From positions 14,942,001 through 15,006,000 of the forward strand of contig OZ059895.1 in assembly GCA_964057225.1 (NCBI GenBank): a stretch of 64,000 nucleotides of DNA, read 5' to 3'. Positions 53,354 through 64,000 of the stretch are shown one piece after another (positions within the stretch are counted from its first letter, which is position 1; each line of letters opens with the position of its first letter). A program made the translations under genes and the position numbers. This DNA is from Auanema rhodensis. Its lineage: Eukaryota > Animalia > Nematoda. A model generated the notes under the pieces. It was not told the DNA's origin and searched no databases. It was given only the letters and a program-made list of their open reading frames with translations.

Positions 53354-56300
53354 ACTCTCTCTATCTCTCTCTCTCGCTTACTATCCCTCCTTTTTTAATT
53401 TTTGTTAGCATCACTATTCAGTCATAACTGACCGGATGAATCTCGTTTTTGTCCAGCTTTCCAACAATGTTACAACATTCTTCTTTAACACAAGCACGAT
53501 GATTACACGTTTCTATCGTATTCTTCCCTTCTTTTCATATTTCTTAATTTTCTTGTAATTTTAATGAAAACGAAGTAATTTCTTCATAAGTCAGCTGATG
53601 AATGCCGCTGTACGTTCATCGTCACAAATATAGTCATCATTTCTTCAGCCTATATCATCTCATAAGATCAAGCTTCTCAATCGTATCGCACATGTCTCAC
53701 CTCAATCACCGAAAAACGGGAGAAGCTTTGAAAAGGAAATGAAATTGATATATTTAGCTTATGTTCAGTCAACTTCAAATGTTCACACCACTGCAAACTT
53801 TTGGTCGAAAACTCAAAAGATTAGTCTGACATTCTGAGATTTGAAGACAAAAAACTTTGCGATTTTTTTCACTTTCGTTTACTTGTTTCCTCGATCTCCT
53901 AACGTCAGCATTAATATAGCTGCTGCTTCATAGAACTTTAGCTTAACCAAGAGAGAGAGAGAGATAGAGAGGGAGAGAGCAGAAGGAGTTACAGAGGGTT
54001 TGGATGACAGAGATATAGAGAATCAGTGGTATGCCCTTGGGCAATTCTTGGTAGACCGTAGAACAGGTTTAGCCAATCGGATTAGTCTGTCTTGTTGTAT
54101 TGCCTTCGTGTGCCTTATATGAGAATCTATTTGATGAGAAGTATACAAGCTTAACGACTCTTCTTATCTCACAGATATATGCGACCTTGTGAGTTCTTGA
54201 AATATCATTTGAACTAATCGACTACCTTTGCCCTTCTTCATTAGATATCATCATCTTTAGTATTGCAACAAGGACATGCTTTATCTATCTAGCTTTTCCT
54301 AGATAACAGGTTCAACCAATCATATGCGATCTCTGACTGTTGACAACGTGGTGAACGCCATTTGAAATAGCCTACCTTGAGAAGTGGAGAAAAGAGGGTG
54401 AGAGAGATATAGAAATAGAGAGAGAGAGATAGAGAGAGAGAGAGAAAGAGAGAGACTAAGAGACATGAACAAGAGAGCTAGAAGCTGTCGACTGATATAT
54501 TATCTTCAAATAAACATCTGTTAAGCAATATTTTAGACAACTATTCTCTCAGTCATATCGTCAGACAGACAACAGTCTCATCTAGTTTTGAAGCTTTTTC
54601 AAGTATCGAAACATTTAAAGTTTCATCGTAACTTCAGCATATGACTCATTAACATCTCCGTACAAGGCTTGATCTCAAGTTCTTCGCTCATTTCATCTGT
54701 TTCATCTAGAAGCTATGTCGCTGCGTTCATTGTTAATCCCCCTGGATACACACTGTACTCTCATATAGCCTTAAGCTCATACGTAGACCAAACCAACATT
54801 CCAGCTTATGCTGCACGAAATAAGCGTGACGACGACGACAACGATAACCAGGACCACATGGAGGAGATGAAGTAGAAGAGAATAATAGATGAGAAGAACA
54901 ACATCAGGGAGATGGAAGAGGCGGTCAACGTCTACAGACCGTCTGTCAGTGTATCTGTTGTCGACGGTCAAACAGAAAAGTTCAGAATATTCAACGATGA
55001 ATTGTTTCTCACTCCGCTCGCTTATTCATTCAATCTCCCCCCCCCCCTCTCACTCTCTATTTCGTATCTCTTAGCTGTCTCACCATTTATGTTATGACAA
55101 TTTTTCTATAGTTAAGTGTGTGTGTCTGTGTGTGAATTGAGTGAGTCAGTCAGTTCATCTCTATCTCTTTCCTGCTAGTAGATCTGTCTCTCACGGAATT
55201 TATATATATATATATATTCAAATGAAAGGTGGTGAATCAGAAGAAGACTATGACAACGACGACGATGTTGATGAATCTGTAGAAACGACGTCAATGAAGA
55301 AGACGACAACAACAACGACGCCGTTGTCGTCGTTGTTGCTGAAGAGGAGAAGGATGGTGATGATGACGATGAAGGGCTAACTGTGTGAGAGAGACTGAAC
55401 ACATACAACAGCTTATTGTTTGTTTGTAGTTTGTTGACCGTTGAAGAAGCGAATTGCCCTTAGGGCATGAATAGCCATAGACAACAGGCGTTTATTTGCT
55501 CACATCTTCAGCCTTGATGCTATTCTCAGGTTGTCCTGAACCCCTGATGTTCGGATAAGCATCTCTCATTCAACAATCTAAAAAGCTTTCACGCACATCT
55601 TGGGACCTTGTTCTTTTGCCTTTTTTGGTTAAATATTGGAGAAATGCGCTCAGTCGCTCGTGAGCTCGGTGCTGAGCACAGTTCGTTCAGATCGAATGCT
55701 GCAGCTAAAACGACACGATCAGTCTTGTCGTTTGTTGCACGACGACAACAACGACAACGACACTCAGTCTCAGTCGTTAGGTCAACGACAGCAGTGCTAC
55801 TTTCTTCATAAGCGCCATAGATGAAGTAGATCTGATTACGACGACTGTCTTTTCCATCGATGGTGCAAGCCATATACGAGCTATCATCCATACGTATTAT
55901 CCTTCTCACTTCTCAATTACAATGTCTGCATCTTCTTCTCCTCCTTTTTACATCTTCTGGTTCCAGCCCTTCATCCTCAACTAGTAGTTGGACTGTTTCA
56001 TCATGGCCACCAGTACACCAACAATGCCTCTTTTCGTCTTTTCTTTCATCTGTCTAGTTGATTCTCCTCATATCCACTGATCTCTACTTCTCTCTTCCTT
56101 TCATAGCATTCTTTTCAAAACACATAGCTAATCTTCTTCTTTTCTCTACTTACTTTATCTAAGACATCCATTCTAGCTCGTTATCTGATGCTGACAGGGA
56201 AAAGCCAGTGACGATGAAGCTGCCACAAACCATATCATCGTCGTACATCCCATATTCATCGTTCGTGTAAACCATTAACGGCCATTCATAGTTTTTCTTT

Positions 56301-56823
56301 CCATAAAACTGCTTTCACCTTCATCGAACATGATCTACAAGCTTTACGATACTTCGCCATCTGATTTCGTCAACGCCTATCACGACCACAAGGCATTCAA
56401 GCCTGCCGACAGACAGTCGCATTCCTCCGACTGTTCGTCGTATCCAAATTCCTGAATGCCAATGACCTAGGATGCATGAATTGTCTGGTTCAAGACATGC
56501 CATGATCCACAATGTATCATCCTCTTCTCAAGCCACTTTATTCACCTTACCTCTGTCGTTGTCGCTTTCTCCTCCCACCTCTGCTACAAACCATCTTCCG
56601 CCTCTTTTCACTGCCACTATCGAAGGGCGACATCATTCACTTTCAGCTTCCTGCTTGAAGCTAGCTGTAACTTTTCATTTCTCAGCGATCTCAACTAGTT
56701 CATATTCAATATATATTTTCATTTATTTTTATAAATAATTTTATGTTTGGATATTCGTATTTGAAATTTCTTAATCTACTTGTAGTTGCTTAATCAGTGC
56801 TAATTCCATATATTCAGATCCAG

Positions 56824-58783
<1,960 letters not shown>

Positions 58784-59634
58784 GTATTGACGACAACGAC
58801 AACGTAGATAGGACCAGCTGTTTCAAAAGGATTCGCGGGTTACCTGAAGATAATTTCTTATCTAGAAATATGCATTTAAGAGTTTTCCTTCACACTACTA
58901 TCTGTCTGTATATTGAGTCCTTCGTTTATCTCTCGTACGTTTATGTATGTCTGTATATAGAGATTTTTGAAATCTCTATTAGATCTCCTGTTTAAGCCAG
59001 TTACCCGGTTAGCTTTTCACTTTGCTTTTAGCTTAGGCTTCTTGCTTCTTCGTATTAAAGGACGGGTATTCCATTTTTGTTTAAAAAAAATTGGCCAATT
59101 GCTTGTATATATATGTTGGAAATAAATTGAATTCGATGTTTATCTGTGAATCACATCGTCATATAAGAATAGAAAATTATGAAGACGACGAGGAACCGTA
59201 CTGAGCCAACATGTGGACTAAGTATTAATATTAAGTAAGCTCAAACATAATGGGTACAGAGACAAATATTATATAAATATCAAGGGTGAAACAGTCAGGA
59301 TACTTGCTTCGGCTACGAGAAAAATAGAAAAAAGAAGAAAAGATAAAAATTAGAGAAAAGGAAGATAGCGAGAGAGAGAGAGAGAGAGAAAAAGAGATGA
59401 AAGTGGGTGCACCCTCAAAAACCATGATACAAGTACAACAAATGACTAAGGTACGAGATTGTGTTAGTTGCTGAGTTAAATTACGCAGAGAATGAGATAA
59501 TTTAGGACAAATAATTAAAACCTCGTAAAGTTGAGAAGCATTATGCGATTACAACTATGTTGCATATATTAAAGTAAAAATTATTCAAAAATATGCAAAA
59601 ATAACCTAAAAAATATGGCAAAACTTCGAGATGT

Positions 59635-61645
59635 TTATATGTGTAGCGAAGAAGACGCGCTATATCTAACATGACCATTGGGTACGTGCCAGCGTGAAGG
59701 ACGATACTAAAGTTGAACATGTATTATTGGAGAGCTGGCTAAGATTCAAAACTTACTTTAATTAAAAGTTGCCCGCTTGTTGTATGAGGATTATAATAAG
59801 CATATGTTAGCCAACCAGTGATACAGAGCGCTAATCCCAGGAAAAATACCAGACCAGCTACACCATTGTTTTGCGTTTGAGCTGAGAAAATTGAATTTTT
59901 TACTTTGTAATATCAATAATATAAACAATTCAGTAAAGCAAAGACAAAAAACAATTCTTACCTGTTTTCGTTTTGCGAAAATTTGATGCGACTGGTGCAC
60001 CATGTGTATCAATACCTCTAGAAGTGGAAGAAGGACTGAATAATTTTGGAACACTACTACTACGAATACATGACGACAACTTACCGCTTAGTGCTAGAGT
60101 CCTCCAAAGTACAAACCTGAGCTTTACCCTTTATTTGGCATTTACCTTCAATCCAATCTTGACGACGGCGATGAAGACTGAAATAAGCAGATGAGAATAG
60201 GATAATGAGGGAAGTTCTAACCCAGCTTCATCAGTGCAGAAGGAACCTCCTTCATTTCTACACCATGAACAAGAAAAATATTTTAAAGTAGAATTAACAC
60301 ACGTTTCACAAGTAGTCATTCCAATGCAAGCTGAAACTCAAATGTATTCAGGTTGTAACTTTAATGTAGCTTACTAGGCTGAGCTTCAAGGAAAATGACG
60401 ATATTGGATTTGATTTCAGATGCAGGAATTTCAATTCTGTGATATTCATATATAACTTGTTTTGGATTAGCTGAAAGATTCCATTCACAAAGATTCTAGA
60501 ACGTCCGACTTACAAGTAGATCCAGCTGGTACAATGTGCTTGAATAGATAAGCATCACTTATGCCAACCTTAACAGGATGATTGGCATCACTTATGTTGC
60601 CAATGTGTTCTATTGGGATCTGCAAAATACGGGAAAAGTTATAAATTCAATCACAGAAATAGATTATTACATCTTTATAAGCATAGACGATGTCCCCATT
60701 CTTGTGTAAAACAGCTTGGAAAGTAAATTGCCCTTCTAAAACGAAAAAAATTAAGAAATTAATCTGTTTTTCAACAAATATTTAACAGAAACATACCTTC
60801 AGTTTGTTCTCTCAACTGAACATTCCGCCATTCAACCACAAACTTTTCTCCATCATCAGCAAAAATAATGTTTGAACCCTATAAATATTCGTTAAATATA
60901 AAAAATATGGAAATTCAATTGTTACCGTGACATTAGTATCGAAATTGGCCATAAGTGGAGCAATGTATTGAGTAGCAGCTAGCCAATTATGTGTTCTATC
61001 ACCAATATAAATAAAACCTGGAAGTTATACTTAAATTTCAGAAACATCTTCTGAAAGTCCATACCACCAGTAGCAATAGTTAAGTTATTCATGTAATGAC
61101 CATAGAAGGGGAAAGGAAAAGTCAATTTAGCACCCTGAAACACAAAAGGATGAAATTAGAGGTTTTGACCAAAGAAGGATACCACAGCTCTGCGATAACT
61201 TCCAGATAGCAATGGATGACTGCTGTTTCCAACAACTCCCTTCTTCTTAAGCATTTCATCGATGTTTACGAAATACTTGTCAGCATCTCCAGTACCATTA
61301 AATACTTTTTTGATGTAATAAGTGTGATCTGTCTGAAATGTAACAATGTAATAAAGAGTGAACGTACAGAATCAACTTACAGAATCTTCTTCCACTTCAT
61401 AATCTGGAGGAATAGTATAATTTGGTACTTCATCAGGATCGGTATCTCTTCTCTGTCTTCTTGACGACAAAGGGACAAAGTTGTCTAAGGCTGGATTTTC
61501 TGTTTCATATCGTAGAATTAATGGCAATAAATCAGTTGAGGATGTCACTAAAAATAAAAATGTATTGGAAACCAAAAAAAAACGGATTACCTTGTGATTC
61601 TATCCAAACTGATTGTAGTATTAGGAATACTGCTATCAGTAGCAT
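59635..61645 (-). CDS. pxd-1: Plexin-domain-containing type I membrane protein (PLXDC/TEM7-like), multi-exon
   Basis: Signal peptide, HPLLSGSYRRAV, FPFPFYGH, ATQYIAPLMANFDT, FTFQAVLHKNGDIVYAYK, HPVKVGISDAY, PSI domain CETCV...CSWC, TM segment and tail HPHTTSGQLLIKYRPSRW. Confidence 0.88.
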
Positions 61646-62302
61646 GTCAGTTTCTGGAAAAACTGACAACTCTTTCTCTGTAAAAACATGAATGTAACGG
61701 TACAAAAAAGTATGACATAATATGATTAAGATATGAATCAGCATGAGAACTGAACAAAGGTTGAAAAAACATAAAGCTCGTAATATATTTTAGTAGAAAA
61801 AAATAAAACCAATCTAATAAAACTTATCACAGAATCAACTGGTCTTGTTTCAACATACACACACGCACATACCAACAGATATACATACAAAACCTCTTTC
61901 TCTCTCTCTCTTTCTCTCACACTTTTTTCAGTTTCTCTTTTTAACTCTAAGAATCTCTAATCTATCCAGTTTCTCTCCATCTCTCTTTCTTTCTCTCCCT
62001 CTTACTGTATATTGTCGGCATAATTTGCAACCTTGAAACTTTCGGGAGCAAAAAAAGTCAGCAAAGAGAGAGAGAGAGAGAGAGAAAGATAAGGAGGAAA
62101 AATGAACAAAATAAAATACAAAAAGATAAAACTAACAAACGTATGCTAATGAACAATAAATACAGAGACAAAAAGTAGGTCAAAAACTAGTGAAATCTGC
62201 AAACGTCATCGGAAATTTGTCAAAAAAAACATATATAATGAATGTGGTGCACCGTTTCAGTATTCGGAATGTATAATGATATATAACGACCAAAGGACAT
62301 TT

Positions 62303-63089
62303 CTAGTATATTTGGCCAGCTTGCTTTTTATATGTTGCCCGTTCAACTTTCACTTCATCGTTAACCAGGCGATATTTATAAATAACAATACTGTCAGATT
62401 GAACGTCCATTAAAGAGAATGAAGGCTCTACATCACTGAAATTCCAAAAAATACAAAAAAAAACCTTCGAAACATCATACCCGTCCTTGTACACTGAAAA
62501 AGCTCCGGTTGCGCTGCCAGGGTCAACAAAGAAGCGGCCACCTCTTTCGACAGCAGAACATTCATGGGAATGTCCAGTGACAAGCACATCAACATCCAAT
62601 TGGCGGGCAAGTTGATCAAGCATCTGAACATATATCGCATGCCTGCTTGCAATTCGAAAACGTTGTTTTACCCTATTGTTGTTCCACGGAACAATCTGGT
62701 GACCATGGCAGAGACCAATACGAAATTGTCCAACGGTTACAACTTTGGTATATGGGTAATTGAGATTCTCATCGTCAAAATCGCCTTTTACAACATGGAC
62801 ATCAGAAGATAGAGATCTGAAAAAACCAGTCAAAAACAAACAAATAAACAACCAATTGGGAGACAAACGGGAGAAAAAGTATTAGCATCGCACCTGAGAT
62901 AATCTACCGTTTCTCTTGTACATAAGTTTCCTGTACAGAGAATATGTTGCATTTTATTAGGAACTAGAAGTTTCCTGAACTTCAGAGGAATGTTAGACTG
63001 CCTGTGAGGCAGAAAAAAGTCTCCAATAACAAGAACCAACTGAAATAAAAAAGATTTTACAACAATATAGAAAAAAGGGGACAAACCAT
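62303..63089 (-). CDS. vps-29: Retromer subunit VPS29, multi-exon; first coding exon is only ATG
   Basis: M|[13 protein letters not shown]...[59 protein letters not shown]. Confidence 0.95.
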
Positions 63090-64000
63090 GTTTGAGCTGA
63101 ATGCAACACAACTTCTGCTTCTATTTAAACTGCAAAAAAAGTTTAAACAATTGAAAAAAGAAATATAAGAGAAAGTAATAAATCGAGCAAACGACATGAT
63201 GAAGATTTAGAACTGCATCTAGAGAGCCTTGTCTAATTTTCATTCGATTGCTAATTTTTTTCGGACATTTAAGGCAGATAAAGGATCGAGAGATCGAAAA
63301 TTGCATACAATTAGCAAGCAATGGGCAATATAAAACATAAAAACAAGAGAATGCCGAATTATCACCTAATTGAAGAAATAATTCATGCGAACAATGTTTT
63401 AAAAACTTATGATGATTCACTCTTCCATCAAAGTGAATAGTAACACAGTATATTAAACAATGTATAGCGCTTAGTAGTATCAGACAGTTCAACTCTCACA
63501 TAATGGAGCATTTTAAAACAAATATAATGATCATAGAAGTAAAAAAACAGACAACAAATCATAAGGGAGATTGACAAACTCCAAATAACAACAAGTTATA
63601 ACAAGATAATAGAAATTGAAATAGTAATCCACTCTTTCTTCCTTTCGTTATTGCTCTAGTTCTCTCTCTCTTACACACACACACACTTATACTCACAATC
63701 TATACCTCTCGGTATAATTTATCTTTATAATACTAATTTTATTTCTCACTCCCTCTCTCTCTCCCCTCTAACTTTTTTCCACAGTTATTATGTTCACTTC
63801 TTATTTCATTTAAAACTATCAAGACCAGAGATGAATAACAATCGCTGTTCTTTTATTCCGAACAATCAGAAGCAACAGCATTAGTTTCACTGAGTTCCTC
63901 ATTACTGCGAGGTATTATGGGATTCTGCAAATCGTCAGCAAAGACCTAATTCTAAAAGCAAAGCTGGCGTACCGATAAGAAAGTTCCCATGTATCCTCTA

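Noticed and set aside
54031-55468. Palindromic GCCCTWAGGGC motifs as programmed-DNA-elimination break signals
   Set aside because: No telomeric (TTAGGC)n junction is present and I cannot match a published elimination motif; AP-2-like sites are the simpler explanation.

Overview
AT-rich, intron-dense eukaryotic DNA with mostly 44-60 nt introns, TTTCAG-type acceptors and trans-splice-like sites just before start codons. It is recognisably a rhabditid nematode; the species cannot be determined from this window. Gene order: cul-1 (5'-partial), a GT25/COLGALT-like glycosyltransferase ending in RDEL, an STK16/MPSK-like kinase with a long single-exon tail, two intact Srh-type chemoreceptor genes plus a pseudogene (the pseudogene and the second gene form a ~3.6-kb palindrome), clp-1 calpain, hmt-1, TEX10/Ipi1, helq-1, gtf-2H5, mrpl-22, rabx-5, a Sel1-repeat gene, an ~11-kb stretch with no recognisable gene, nas-7, pxd-1 and vps-29. 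Gene models were spliced by eye, so some ends are approximate, and homology calls rest on recalled sequences rather than searches. Most interesting observations: (1) a DELE1-like protein with a mitochondrial presequence-like N-terminus in a lineage without a known HRI kinase; (2) hidden microexons, namely an 8+13-nt frame-compensating pair in rabx-5 and a 6-nt exon in clp-1; (3) a chemoreceptor palindrome with a mosaic identity pattern suggesting arm-to-arm gene conversion; (4) dispersed paired CACGT motif clusters in noncoding DNA.
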